A stretch of 64,000 nt of DNA from Crocinitomicaceae bacterium (GTDB lineage Bacteria > Bacteroidota > Bacteroidia > Flavobacteriales_D > Crocinitomicaceae), in the NCBI GenBank assembly GCA_041751955.1, contig JBGSIB010000050.1, forward strand, positions 59,598-123,597, in the 5' to 3' direction. Positions 39,563-50,070 of this stretch are shown piece after piece (within the stretch, counting starts at the first letter, position 1; every line of letters starts with the position of its first letter). The notes beneath the pieces are model-generated. The model ran no database searches. It saw nothing but the letters and a program-made list of their open reading frames with translations, and was not told the DNA's origin. Position numbers and translations under genes: made by a program.

Positions 39563-39593
39563 AGGGAAGTTGGAAACAACTTCCCTTTTTTTT
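39563..39593 (+). terminator. rho-independent terminator after the tRNA
   Basis: GGGAAGTTGGAAACAACTTCCC hairpin followed by a T8 run. Confidence 0.7.
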
Positions 39594-39624
39594 ATGACAT
39601 TTTTTTGGTTTTTTCATCCCTTCG

Positions 39625-39691
39625 TGTCTCCCGAAAGTTTTCGGGACCGCTACTAATAAAACGGGAGGTTGGAAACAATTTCCCTTTTTTC
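39625..39691 (+). other. decayed 3' partial copy of the tRNA-fMet gene with its own terminator
   Basis: CCCGAAAG...TCGGGACCGCTACTAATAAA parallels the tRNA 3' half (CCCGAAGG...TCGGGCCCCCGCTACTAGTAAA). It is followed by a second GGGAGGTTGGAAACAATTTCCC hairpin and a T-run. Confidence 0.35.
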
Positions 39692-39806
39692 ATTTTATAG
39701 AATTCCACGTTTCTATTAATTTGCAATATGAGCAGCCCCATTCTTCGTTTACTCTATTATTTTTTTAATTTATCTTTAGTGTCTCATCATTAAACATCAA
39801 TGGTTT

Positions 39807-42800
39807 ATGAAATTTTCGATTATTCTTCTGGTTCTATTTTTACCCATTTTTTCATTCGCTCAAGCTCAACCTGATTGGGTGCAGGAAATGTACAGTGAAA
39901 GTCCAGATCCTGGTGTGGTAAGTAATTTGTTTGAGACCTATTATGCCACTCATCCTTTTGTTAAAAACAACGATACACAATTTTACAAAAGATGGATTCG
40001 TTCTTTTAGCAGACCAGAATCCTATGATTTGAATGCCCCCGATGTCAAGGCCTACTTAAAAGCTTCCGCTAAATTGATTCAAGCAAAAGATACGAACTCA
40101 GCTTGGGTTGGTGTAGGTCCATTTGATTTTGACAAAGATGCAGCCAGTAGAAGTTATGCTTCTGGCGCGGCTCATGTTTATACCGTGGAGCGATCGGTTT
40201 CAAATCCAAATATGATGTTCGCAGGAACAGCAACTGCTGGCTTATGGAAGTCGATAAATAACGGCGCGAATTGGACATTAGTAACACGTAATTTATTGGT
40301 AAATAGCATAATTGCTATTGAAATTGACGCGACAAATCCGAACATTGTTTATTTCGGTTCTGGAGGAAAATTGTATAAAACAATAGACGGTGGAACAACT
40401 TGGAATATAATTGGTGATCCAGCGTTTCAAAATAACTTTCAGGACATAACTGAAATAGTATTTTCTCCAACAAATTCTAGTTTACTGTTTGTGACTTCTG
40501 ATCATGGTTTTTTCCGCTCAACAGACAGTGGGGCTAATTTCACCACAATTTTATTTGGCGAATTTCAGGAAATTGAATTCAATCCTGTCAATCCCAACAT
40601 GATTTATACCGTGAAAGTCATCAATTCTCACACTGAATTTTATCGTTCAACAGATAACGGATTGACATTCACGCAACAAACCCTGGGTTGGCCAATTCTC
40701 GCCCAAGCAGTTGACCACCAAGAACGGGTTGAAATTGCTGTAACAGCTGCTAATCCCAATTTAATTTATGCCAACGCAACCGGAAAAGCGAATGGTGGCA
40801 GTGGTACATATGGAATCTACAAATCATCTGATATGGGCGTTACGTGGACTTTCCAATGCTGTGGCACTGGTCCAGCGGGCGTTCCTTCACCAACGAACAT
40901 CAACATGATGGGCTGGGACAAACTAGGACAAGATGATGGCGGACAATATTACTACGATGTCGCTTTGGAAGTAGACCCCAATAATGAAAACAAACTCCAT
41001 CTGGGTGGAGTAAATCATTGGGTTTCCCAGGATGGTGGTGTAACGTGGACTTGTCCTGCAAAATGGTCAGAGCCTGGACTGCCAGGTTATGTTCATGCCG
41101 ATATCCACGACATAAGATATTTAGATGGTGAACTTTGGTTTGCATGTGATGGTGGACTTTTTAAATCAACAGATGGCGGAACGAATGTAGATCGATCCAT
41201 GGTTGGAATTGAAGGCTCTGATTTCTGGGGATTTGGTGTTAGTCCACAATCGGATGTCATGCTGGGAGGTGCCTACCACAATGGAACGCTTTTGAAAGAT
41301 AACAATACATACATCAACGGCTGGATTTGCATAGGTGGTGGAGATGGCGTTCGAGGATTCGTTAATTTCGGAAATGACCGCATTGCCTATGACGACTACC
41401 AAGGAAGAAAACTTTCTGGCGACCGACTTCAAAATATTCAAGGTTTCTCTTTTGACTCTTTGCCGAATGCTTCGTATATAATTGGCGTTTCCAGTGACAT
41501 GGCTTGGGATCCAAGAAATTATAACCACATTTATTTGGGTCGAAATAAAAATTTGCTCAAAACAGAAGATAATGGCGTGTCCTATTCCATCATTTATACT
41601 TTTCCGGATAATGTCGCTGCGGTAGAAATTGCCCGTTCAAATCTGAATGTGATGTACGTAACAACCTTCCAAGATTGGTGGGGCGATAAAAAAGTATGGA
41701 GAACAAGTGATGAAGGTGCATCTTTTGTAGAAATTACTCCACCGAACAGCTCCTTGAATGGAGAAGAATGGGTCCCTTACGATATTGCTGTGAGTGCAAC
41801 AAATGAAAACGAAATTTGGCTGGCTCGAACATCTCAATACAGTTCTTACCCAAACCTGAACAACAAATCCGTTTTTAAATCTACGGATGGTGGAACAACT
41901 TGGACAAATTATTCGACGCCAACTTTGAATGGCGAATGGATTTCGAACATCGTTCATCAAGCTGGAACGGATGGAGGAGTTTACATTGGAACAAGAAGAA
42001 CTGTTTATTATCGCAATAATTCAATGGCAGATTGGGCATTGTTTAACGTGAATTTACCATTGAGCACCCCATCAACCAAGTTAGTTCCTAAATACAAAAC
42101 TGGTAAATTGATCAATGCAACGAGTAGAAGTGTATACGAAGTGGATTTCTACGAGACGTCAACACCAATAGCTCAAATTGCTGCGGATAGATTCCAAGCA
42201 AATTGTTTCAATAATACCATTCAGTTTGTCGATTACTCTGTTTTGTCGAATCAAAACCCAACATGGTCTTGGTCTTTTCCAGGAGGATCTCCAAGTTCGT
42301 CTAATCAGCAAAATCCGTTGGTAAATTATTCCTCGGCTGGATTTTATGATGTGACGTTAACGGTAACCGACGATTTTGGAACGAGCACACAAACCTATAC
42401 ACAGTTTATTGAGTTTGTATCTCCAACGGTCAATGCTAATTTGATCGAAGGATTTGAAGGTGGCGCATCACCAGATTGGACTTTTCAAACGGATAACGGT
42501 GCCTATAACTGGACGCCAAGAACTTTACAATTCGGCCCTCAATGCGACAGTACGGAAGTCATCTGGGTGGATAATTACACAATTAATTCACCAGGCGCCG
42601 AAGCAGAATTTATATCTCCAAAAATAGATTTCAGTAATGTTTCCAGCGCAACTTTGAGTTTTGATTACGCCTATTCTCAGTACCAAGATTCTTATTTGGA
42701 CGGTTTACGTATCGATATATCTACGGATTGCTGGAATACTTATGATACCTTGTTTTTAAAATATGGCGATAGTTTGGAAACGGTACCCAATCATGGAAAC

Positions 42801-43199
42801 AATTGGACACCAGAAGGTTGCGCGGATTGGTCTATTGCTAATTTAATCGATATAAGCGCTTACGCAGGACAAGAAGTTATGGTTCGTTTTGTGGCCATCA
42901 ACGATTATGGAAACAGTTTGTTCTTGGATAATATCAACATCCAAACCAATCTGGGAATTGCTGAATTGGATGATGTTCTGTTCAACGTGTACCCGAATCC
43001 GAACAACGGTTCATTCACCATCCGACATGACTTGATTTTACCAAAAATGTCGGTTATGAGTTTGGAAGGCAAGTTGATTTTCGAAGGAGAATTAACGGAA
43101 TCCATTGTAAAAATGAACTTGAATTTGGCAGCTGGAACGTATCTCATTCAGCTAGAAGAAAAGGGTAATCGCAGCGTGAAAAGGATAGTGGCTCGTTAA
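39807..43199 (+). CDS. secreted BNR/Asp-box repeat protein with a PKD domain and a T9SS C-terminal sorting tail
   Basis: At least 9 S/T-x-D-G-G-x-T-W Asp-box motifs. PKD-like segment (YDVTLTVTDDFGT). C-terminal VYPNPNNGSFTI...KGNRSVKRIVAR Por-secretion tail. Confidence 0.7.
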   Translation: MKFSIILLVLFLPIFSFAQAQPDWVQEMYSESPDPGVVSNLFETYYATHPFVKNNDTQFYKRWIRSFSRPESYDLNAPDVKAYLKASAKLIQAKDTNSAWVGVGPFDFDKDAASRSYASGAAHVYTVERSVSNPNMMFAGTATAGLWKSINNGANWTLVTRNLLVNSIIAIEIDATNPNIVYFGSGGKLYKTIDGGTTWNIIGDPAFQNNFQDITEIVFSPTNSSLLFVTSDHGFFRSTDSGANFTTILFGEFQEIEFNPVNPNMIYTVKVINSHTEFYRSTDNGLTFTQQTLGWPILAQAVDHQERVEIAVTAANPNLIYANATGKANGGSGTYGIYKSSDMGVTWTFQCCGTGPAGVPSPTNINMMGWDKLGQDDGGQYYYDVALEVDPNNENKLHLGGVNHWVSQDGGVTWTCPAKWSEPGLPGYVHADIHDIRYLDGELWFACDGGLFKSTDGGTNVDRSMVGIEGSDFWGFGVSPQSDVMLGGAYHNGTLLKDNNTYINGWICIGGGDGVRGFVNFGNDRIAYDDYQGRKLSGDRLQNIQGFSFDSLPNASYIIGVSSDMAWDPRNYNHIYLGRNKNLLKTEDNGVSYSIIYTFPDNVAAVEIARSNLNVMYVTTFQDWWGDKKVWRTSDEGASFVEITPPNSSLNGEEWVPYDIAVSATNENEIWLARTSQYSSYPNLNNKSVFKSTDGGTTWTNYSTPTLNGEWISNIVHQAGTDGGVYIGTRRTVYYRNNSMADWALFNVNLPLSTPSTKLVPKYKTGKLINATSRSVYEVDFYETSTPIAQIAADRFQANCFNNTIQFVDYSVLSNQNPTWSWSFPGGSPSSSNQQNPLVNYSSAGFYDVTLTVTDDFGTSTQTYTQFIEFVSPTVNANLIEGFEGGASPDWTFQTDNGAYNWTPRTLQFGPQCDSTEVIWVDNYTINSPGAEAEFISPKIDFSNVSSATLSFDYAYSQYQDSYLDGLRIDISTDCWNTYDTLFLKYGDSLETVPNHGNNWTPEGCADWSIANLIDISAYAGQEVMVRFVAINDYGNSLFLDNINIQTNLGIAELDDVLFNVYPNPNNGSFTIRHDLILPKMSVMSLEGKLIFEGELTESIVKMNLNLAAGTYLIQLEEKGNRSVKRIVAR

Positions 43200-43231
43200 A
43201 TTCAAGTATTGCCTTCCTTGGAAAATTACTG

Positions 43232-44902
43232 TTAGAAAGGTGCTTTTACCTCAAATTCAATTTCTTCATTGGTAAGCGGATGTTTGAATTTCAACCATTC
43301 GGCATGCAAATACAAACGGTCGGCTGGCGTACCATATAAATCATCGCCAACTATTGCCGTATTCAAACCTCGGAAATGAGAAGCATGCACTCTGAGTTGA
43401 TGACTTCTTCCCGTGATGGGGTAAAAATGAATGCGGGTTTTTCCCTCTTTTCGAGATACGACTTCAAATTCGGTTCGTGATTTTTTGCCAAATTCTTCAC
43501 AGACTACTTGATACGGACGGTTGTCAATATCCAAACGAATGGGCAAATCGACCACTCCTTTATCTTGCTGGAGATTACCATCTAAAATGGCAACATAGCG
43601 TTTTTTAATCGATCGTTTGATAAAAAGACTTTGCAACTTTTTATGGACATCTTTTGTTTTGGCGACAAGCAACAATCCTGACGTAGCCATATCCAAGCGA
43701 TGAACCAAAATTGGTTTTTCAGCATTTGCAAACCTTTTCTCCATGCGTTCTTGGACAGAATCGGTGAATATTTTTCCAGGTACAGATAAAAAGTCGTGTG
43801 GTTTGTTGACCACCACAATAGCCTCATCTTCATAGACAATTTCCAATTCCTTTTCATAGGATTTGTGAGCCAAAATTGGATTTTCGTCAAGCCGCAAACC
43901 ATGTAGCATATGTCCTAAAATGGGCTCACACTTACTTCGACAAGCAGGATAGAAATGTTGGTGTTTTCGAATTTCCGAACTCGGCTCTTTTCCCCACCAA
44001 AATTCAGCCATGCAAATGGGTTCCAATTCATTTTCAAACGCATAATGCAAAAGTTTGGGTGCTGCACATTCACCTGAACCTGCTGGCGGAAATCCTGGAG
44101 CAAGAAACGCGAAAATTTCCATGAGTGATTTGCGTTCGCCCTTTGCATTCAAGAAAGTATAATGGTCGAATATCTTTTTTTGCAATTGAGCGGACCTCTT
44201 ACCACGTCTGTCGCGAATGGAATTCAGTTCGTCTTCCAATTTTTGAAATTCAGACCCTACAAGCGCTACTTTTTCTTTCCAATCCCGAATTTTGTCTTTT
44301 AGAAAATACTGTTCTGCAATACTTTCTTTACCCAGTTGTTGGAGCAAAAGTTCAAATTCGGTTGCATTCAATTCACTTTGACCTTTATTTCGTATGGCCT
44401 TCCGCGTAATACGATTCTCACGAATTTGAGCCTGGATGTTCTCAATATCAGCTTTTTGTTCGGCTTGAATGGCTAACCATTTCTGCTCTGTAGTAATCAA
44501 ATCGAGATTTTTTTCCGCAAGATCCACCACACGATTCAATTCATTCACCTCTTGTTCCTCAATTTTGTAAAATCCATCCGTTTTCAAAATATCAAAAACG
44601 GGTGGAACGAATTTTGGCCAATGATTGCTTTCGGCTAATTTTCCCGAAAAAGCGGACAAATATCCCAATTCACCTTCTCTATTGCGCACCACCAAAACCC
44701 CAAACATTTTACCAATGGCTTTTTTAGCATCAGGATTTTCCAATCCGAAATCATGTTGCCAATCTTTTTGATTTTGAATGTGTTCTTGCAATTCTTCTGC
44801 AGCGATGACCGCCAAAGGATGAGGTTCGTAATAGAAGGGGAAGGTGAAACTTTCGGGAATGGCAATGTTGTACTTTCCTGTATTTGAGAGTGATATGAAC
44901 AA
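43232..44902 (-). CDS. RluA-family pseudouridine synthase with a ~330-aa N-terminal extension
   Basis: C-terminal HRLDMATSGLLLVAKT catalytic motif and a full RluA core. The N-terminal part has a coiled-coil segment and the Cys/His cluster GECAAPKLLHYA...PICMAEF...YPACRSKCEPILGHMLHG. Confidence 0.7.
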   Translation of the reverse strand: MFISLSNTGKYNIAIPESFTFPFYYEPHPLAVIAAEELQEHIQNQKDWQHDFGLENPDAKKAIGKMFGVLVVRNREGELGYLSAFSGKLAESNHWPKFVPPVFDILKTDGFYKIEEQEVNELNRVVDLAEKNLDLITTEQKWLAIQAEQKADIENIQAQIRENRITRKAIRNKGQSELNATEFELLLQQLGKESIAEQYFLKDKIRDWKEKVALVGSEFQKLEDELNSIRDRRGKRSAQLQKKIFDHYTFLNAKGERKSLMEIFAFLAPGFPPAGSGECAAPKLLHYAFENELEPICMAEFWWGKEPSSEIRKHQHFYPACRSKCEPILGHMLHGLRLDENPILAHKSYEKELEIVYEDEAIVVVNKPHDFLSVPGKIFTDSVQERMEKRFANAEKPILVHRLDMATSGLLLVAKTKDVHKKLQSLFIKRSIKKRYVAILDGNLQQDKGVVDLPIRLDIDNRPYQVVCEEFGKKSRTEFEVVSRKEGKTRIHFYPITGRSHQLRVHASHFRGLNTAIVGDDLYGTPADRLYLHAEWLKFKHPLTNEEIEFEVKAPF

Positions 44903-45000
44903 TGTTAAAGATTTGAAATGTTGAAAAAACGATCAATTATTTTTGTAAGTTAGAAATTAATGTCTTATTTTCGTTTAGAAGTATCAAAACTACGTAGCGT

Positions 45001-46059
45001 ATGAAAACAATTCAACAGACTATAAAATTTTTAGTTGCTATATTATTTGCACAAACTGTTACCGCACAGACACCCGCCACAGACCCTCATTGGCAGTTAG
45101 TATGGGAGGATAATTTTGTTTTTTTTGATGGAAATAAATGGAACAAAGAGCATTTGGTTGGTCCAGCAGGAACATCATTGGTTTTTATTGACAATAATGT
45201 ATCCGTTTCAAACGGGAATTTAGAATTAGGCTTAAAGTTGGAAAATTACTCTTGTCCACCATGGGCAATCAACGCTAATTATTTCTTTGTAAATCAGTAT
45301 CTTACAGGTTTGCCTTACACGCATACTGGCGGTGCAGTGAAGGCTACACCGTTATTTAACGTTCAGTATGGTTTCATTGAAGCACGAATGAAAATCCCTT
45401 ATACTTCTGGAATTTTTCCAGCTTTTTGGACTTTTACGGGCGACGGAGTAGTCATTAGTGGAGGAGCTGAAGAAATTGATATTTTCGAAATTATAGCATC
45501 TGATGAAAACGGCAATATAGATGAACCATATATTTTACATACAAATATTCACGATTTTCCATTTCCAATTGACTTATCCTCTGACGATTTTTCTGCATTA
45601 GCAATTGATCTTTCTCCGAATTTTAATTATTCTGACTGGCATGTATATGCCATTGAATGGAATCCGAATAGAATTACTTGGTATGTTGACGGATTAATTA
45701 CAAGAATCTTATTTAATCATAACGTAGTTGACCCTCAAAAAATAATTATAAATCATGGTTTAGCTTCTCCCGTGCCATTATCATCAAATCTACCAACAAA
45801 AATGTTGGTGGATTATTTGAAAGTATATGAGCCTATTAATGATTGTAATACTTCACTAAATGTTTGCAACTATAACTTTTCGAATCATGACAACAGGGTA
45901 AAGAAACAAATAATAATTGGAAAATTCCCATTATGTTTCAATACGCTTCAACCAGGCGATAACGTGCACTTAAGGGCTACAGATGAGGTTCAGATTAATA
46001 GGAATTTTGTTGTGCCTATTGGGGCAGAGTTATTCATTAATGTTGATCCCTGTCATTAA
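45001..46059 (+). CDS. glycoside hydrolase family 16 (beta-glucanase/laminarinase-like)
   Basis: EEIDIFE catalytic ExDxxE motif and a signal peptide. Confidence 0.75.
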   Translation: MKTIQQTIKFLVAILFAQTVTAQTPATDPHWQLVWEDNFVFFDGNKWNKEHLVGPAGTSLVFIDNNVSVSNGNLELGLKLENYSCPPWAINANYFFVNQYLTGLPYTHTGGAVKATPLFNVQYGFIEARMKIPYTSGIFPAFWTFTGDGVVISGGAEEIDIFEIIASDENGNIDEPYILHTNIHDFPFPIDLSSDDFSALAIDLSPNFNYSDWHVYAIEWNPNRITWYVDGLITRILFNHNVVDPQKIIINHGLASPVPLSSNLPTKMLVDYLKVYEPINDCNTSLNVCNYNFSNHDNRVKKQIIIGKFPLCFNTLQPGDNVHLRATDEVQINRNFVVPIGAELFINVDPCH

Positions 46060-46069
46060 CTGTTAAATT

Positions 46070-46468
46070 ATGAGGAGGTTTTTTTTATTTTTTATTTTCT
46101 GTTTTTGTTTTTCGGTATTTTGGTCATGCCACAAAAGGAAGGCTGGGTTTTACAATCTCAACTTGACATACAATGTAAATGGTGTTATTGAAATAATTCC
46201 AATGGAAATAGTTAAAAGTAGTAAAAATTGGATAATCCTCGGTTTATCCACTACAAACAATAACCAATACGACACACTGTATAAAGAAAAGAAAAATGTT
46301 TCAGGAAAACTGAATGTTTATTCTGGACAAAATTATGTTACGATTGACGGAACTCTCGATAAGGACGGTATAAATAATTATCTTATACAAGGAGAATTTA
46401 TACGGTTTTCTTATTCACAAAGTTCGGGTTGGATACAAATGCAGGGGAAATTTGTTTTATCACGATAG
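46070..46468 (+). CDS. hypothetical small secreted protein or lipoprotein
   Basis: Hydrophobic N-terminus with a Cys (FWSC). No motifs. Confidence 0.45.
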   Translation: MRRFFLFFIFCFCFSVFWSCHKRKAGFYNLNLTYNVNGVIEIIPMEIVKSSKNWIILGLSTTNNNQYDTLYKEKKNVSGKLNVYSGQNYVTIDGTLDKDGINNYLIQGEFIRFSYSQSSGWIQMQGKFVLSR

Positions 46469-46595
46469 TATTTCTTTTCAAGATTGAGCGAACTACTTCT
46501 AATTTAAAGAATTTATGTGTAACAAGATAATTTGAATTTTAATGTGGTTTTAGTTGAATTTCCTTTAATATGATTTTAAATTTAAATTTTAGCTT

Positions 46596-47540
46596 ATGAA
46601 AAATACATCATTATTAATTGCCATTCTTATCTTTTCAATGGGCTTCGTAAGTGCTCAATTGAAAGTAGATCATAATGGACGCATTGGATTCGGGACAACG
46701 ACGACCCATCCAGATTTCATCGCTTATTTGAAAGGTAATATGGTTTTAACTAATTATCCGCAATTAGGACACAACTCATTTTATTTTAAAGTTGGAAATG
46801 GTTGGCCAGGAGCTGAATTAGGAAATACAGGATCAAGTGATGGAGTCGCTTTTTGGACAGGATGGACGGGTTTCAACATTTTGTATGCAGAAAAATATAT
46901 TAAAATGTCAGATACTAAATTTAAATTTGACATTGTGAGTATACAGTCCCCGATAGAAAAATTGATGTCCTTAAAAGCCTATAAATACAACTATAGAAGT
47001 GTAGTGTATAATGAATATAATCCAAACGATAGTCTAGTAACTATGGTTCCATAATATGGTTTTCTTTCACAAGAAGTAGAAACTACCCTTCCTGATATTA
47101 AAATTATTCATGATGCGAAGGGATGCAAATTAATGGATTATGACCAAATTATCCCTTTAATTGTTTCTGCCGTGCAGGTTCAAAACCTCAGGATTGAGCA
47201 GCTACAATCTATGACCGCTCTGATGATGGCAACGAACCCCAATTTTACAACAGTGCCGTTACCAGGACAACCCGAAACGAATCGTTTGTTGGACGCATCA
47301 CCCAATCCATTTACGAGTACCACAAATCTAAGATATAACTTATTACCTGAAGTAAATCAAGCCCAAATTAAAATATACGATATGCGTGGTGTTTATCAAC
47401 TGAATTTAGATTTAACCCTTGTTGCTGGAACGGGTCAAGTTTTATTAAGATCAAGTGATTTGGGATTAAAAGGGCAATATGTTTTTGCCTTATTTATCAA
47501 CGGCTCTTTATTGGATGCCAAAACAGTTGTATATCAATAA
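46596..47540 (+). pseudogene. tail-fibre-like protein (peptidase S74 intramolecular chaperone domain plus T9SS C-terminal tail) interrupted by one in-frame TAA at 47052-47054
   Basis: ORFs 46596-47054 and 47133-47540 are in the same frame. The codons directly after the stop continue the domain: SDTKFKFDIVSIQSPIEKLMSLKAYKYNYRS...[TAA]YGFLSQEVETTLPDI...DYDQIIPLIVSAVQ matches the S74 chaperone pattern (SD..LK.NI.PI...L.L.PV.Y.Y...GFIAQEVE..LPE...Y..L.PLL..A.Q). Confidence 0.6.
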
Positions 47541-47565
47541 TCATGCGATTTGATTTTTAAAAGAT

Positions 47566-47597
47566 AAAGGTGAATTTTATTTAAGTTCACCTTTTTT
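47566..47597 (+). terminator. rho-independent terminator
   Basis: AAAGGTGAA-(loop)-TTCACCTTTTTT. Confidence 0.6.
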
Positions 47598-47651
47598 AAT
47601 TTCAATAGTTTTAATTCAGCATATTCCTTAATCTATTCATTCCGAATTGCC

Positions 47652-47659
47652 TATCTTTG
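47652..47659 (+). promoter_or_regulatory. TATCTTTG -7 promoter element upstream of era
   Basis: TAnnTTTG consensus 17 nt upstream of the era ATG. Confidence 0.3.
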
Positions 47660-47676
47660 CACCCTGAAATTAAAAA

Positions 47677-48552
47677 ATGGCACACAAAGCAGGTTTCGTA
47701 AATATTGTAGGTAGTCCAAACGTTGGAAAATCAACCTTGATGAATAAACTCATGGGCGAGAAGTTGTCTATTGTGACCTCAAAAGCACAAACAACGCGCC
47801 ACCGTATTTTGGGCATCATGAACGAAGACGATTACCAAATCGTTTTTTCGGATACGCCAGGAGTGGTAAATTCTGCCTACAAATTGCACGATCAAATGAT
47901 GTCTTATGTCAATACTTCTTTGCAAGATGCAGATGTGTTGTTGTTTATCACAGACATTTACGAAGACGAAATGAACCACAAGGAAACTTTGGAGAAAATC
48001 ACGAAAATGAAAACTCCTGTTCTTCTTTTGGTCAATAAAATGGACAAAAGCGATCAAGAAAAATTGGGCGAACGTTTGGCCTATTGGCAAGAAAAAGTGC
48101 CCAATGCCGAAGTGATGCCGATATCCGCTTTACATGGTTTCGCTGTGGAAGGAGTCATGGCTAGAATCATCGATTTGTTGCCGGAAAGTCCTGCTTATTA
48201 TGACAAAGACGCTATTTCCGATCGCCCGATGCGCTTTTTCGTTTCAGAAATCATTCGTGAAAAGATTTTCATTCACACCCGAAAAGAAGTCCCTTATGCT
48301 ACGCAAGTAGAAATCGAAGAATACATCGAGGAGGAGGACATCACCAAAATTCGCGCTTTGATCATCGTCGAAAGAGATACCCAAAGGGGAATTATCATCG
48401 GAAAAGGTGGCGAAATGTTGAAACGAATTGGCCGCGAAGCCAGATTGGAAATAGAAAAGTTTATTGATCAAAAAGTGTTCCTCGATACCTACGTCAAAGT
48501 GGATAAAGATTGGCGAGCATCAGATCAAAAACTAAAAAAATACGGATATTGA
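47677..48552 (+). CDS. era: GTPase Era
   Basis: G1 motif GSPNVGKST, G3 DTPG, G4 NKMD, and a C-terminal KH domain. Confidence 0.95.
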   Translation: MAHKAGFVNIVGSPNVGKSTLMNKLMGEKLSIVTSKAQTTRHRILGIMNEDDYQIVFSDTPGVVNSAYKLHDQMMSYVNTSLQDADVLLFITDIYEDEMNHKETLEKITKMKTPVLLLVNKMDKSDQEKLGERLAYWQEKVPNAEVMPISALHGFAVEGVMARIIDLLPESPAYYDKDAISDRPMRFFVSEIIREKIFIHTRKEVPYATQVEIEEYIEEEDITKIRALIIVERDTQRGIIIGKGGEMLKRIGREARLEIEKFIDQKVFLDTYVKVDKDWRASDQKLKKYGY

Positions 48553-48568
48553 TTTTACGATACCTGTA

Positions 48569-48706
48569 GAGGATGAAAAACCTTTCTTCCAAAAAAAAAG
48601 AACCCGTGAAACGGAAAGGATGAAAAATTTTTCATCCAAACAGCAGAAAAAGTGAAACGAAAGGACAAAAAAACCTTTCGTCTAAACAGATAAAAAAAGA
48701 ATAACA
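48569..48706 (+). repeat. three imperfect ~45-nt tandem repeats with hairpin cores in the era-der intergenic region
   Basis: Units share the frame (A)GGA.GAAAAA..(C)TTTC.TC(C/T)AAACAG...AAAAAG(TGAAACG). The middle unit contains the perfect 20-nt palindrome GGATGAAAAATTTTTCATCC. Confidence 0.5.
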
Positions 48707-48711
48707 AAAAA

Positions 48712-50022
48712 ATGGGAAATGTAGTAGCCATCGTCGGAAGACCAAATGTTGGAAAATCGACCTTGTTCAACCGCCTAACGGAATCCAGAAGAGCCATCGT
48801 AAAAGAAATTAGCGGTGTTACCCGTGATCGTTTATACGGTCGTGGAGAATGGAATGGGGTGCAGTTTTCTGTCATCGATACTGGTGGGTACGTTCGTGGT
48901 TCGGAAGATATTTTCGAAGCTGAAATCCGTAAACAAGTAGAAATTGCCATTGACGAAGCAAATGTTATCATTTTCGTTGTTGATGTGATGGCAGGTATCA
49001 TTGATTTGGACGAAGTCGTGGCGCAAATGCTCCGAAAAACGAAGAAAAAAGTTTTCATTGTCGCCAATAAAGTTGACAGTGCTGATCGTTTTGGATTGTC
49101 ATCAGAATTCTACCAATTCGGTTTGGGAGAAGTGTATGACATGTCTGCGACCAACGGGAGTGGAACGGGCGAATTATTGGACGACATGGTCAAAGAATTC
49201 GACAAAGAGGACCTCTCTAGCTTGGAAAACGAAGATCTTCCAAAAATTGCAGTGGTTGGAAAACCGAATGTTGGAAAATCATCTCTTGTGAACGCTTTGA
49301 CAGGAAAAGATTCCAATATAGTGACAGAAATTTCGGGAACAACGAGAGATACGGTAAATACCAGATACAAAGCTTTCGGGTTTGATTTCGTGTTAATTGA
49401 TACGGCTGGAATTCGCAAGAAAGCCAAAGTTCATGAGGACATTGAGTATTATTCTGTGCTTCGCTCGGTAAATGCTATTGAAAATTCTGATGTTTGCATT
49501 TTCATGATTGATGCCGAAGAAGGTTTGCAAAAACAAGATTTGCAGATTTTTTACATGATTGAAAAAAACTCGAAAGGCGTTGTTGTTTTGGTCAATAAAT
49601 GGGATAAGATTGAGAAAGATCACAAAACCATGTTGGCCTATGAAGAAGAATTGGTAAGAGGCTTGGCACCATTCAACGATGTTCCGATTATTTTCACCTC
49701 AACAATCACGAAACAACGAATCCACAAGGCCTTAGAAGCGACAATGGAGGTCTACCAAAACCGAATTCAAAAAATTCCAACTTCGGAATTGAATGATGTG
49801 ATGTTGGATATTATTGCCGCCAACCCACCGCCAGCTTTGAAAGGCAAATATGTCAAAATTAAGTTTGTGACGCAACTTCCTACCCACGCGCCTGCATTTG
49901 CTTTTTTCTGTAATCTACCGCAGTATGTTCCAGAAAGTTACAAGCGTTTTTTAGAAAACAGAATGCGTGAAAAGTTCAATTTCCGAGGTGTTCCAATCAA
50001 GATATTCTTCAGAAAGAAGTAA
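48712..50022 (+). CDS. der: ribosome-associated GTPase Der (EngA)
   Basis: Two tandem GTPase domains (GRPNVGKST and GKPNVGKSS) plus a C-terminal KH-like domain. Confidence 0.95.
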   Translation: MGNVVAIVGRPNVGKSTLFNRLTESRRAIVKEISGVTRDRLYGRGEWNGVQFSVIDTGGYVRGSEDIFEAEIRKQVEIAIDEANVIIFVVDVMAGIIDLDEVVAQMLRKTKKKVFIVANKVDSADRFGLSSEFYQFGLGEVYDMSATNGSGTGELLDDMVKEFDKEDLSSLENEDLPKIAVVGKPNVGKSSLVNALTGKDSNIVTEISGTTRDTVNTRYKAFGFDFVLIDTAGIRKKAKVHEDIEYYSVLRSVNAIENSDVCIFMIDAEEGLQKQDLQIFYMIEKNSKGVVVLVNKWDKIEKDHKTMLAYEEELVRGLAPFNDVPIIFTSTITKQRIHKALEATMEVYQNRIQKIPTSELNDVMLDIIAANPPPALKGKYVKIKFVTQLPTHAPAFAFFCNLPQYVPESYKRFLENRMREKFNFRGVPIKIFFRKK

Positions 50023-50070
50023 TTGCTTCTCGCATAATTTGTAATTTTAACACATGAAAAACCAAGGGAA

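Noticed and set aside
45001-47540. Prophage remnant (GH16 plus a tail-fibre-like gene)
   Set aside because: There are no capsid, terminase, integrase or other phage genes. S74 chaperone domains also occur in chromosomal T9SS substrates of Bacteroidota.
48569-48706. Possible CRISPR array
   Set aside because: There are only three imperfect units of unequal length, with no spacer/repeat regularity and no cas genes in the window.
48555-49067. 170-aa minus-strand ORF
   Set aside because: It overlaps the 5' part of der on the opposite strand and the low-complexity era-der repeat region. It has no motifs, so it is spurious.
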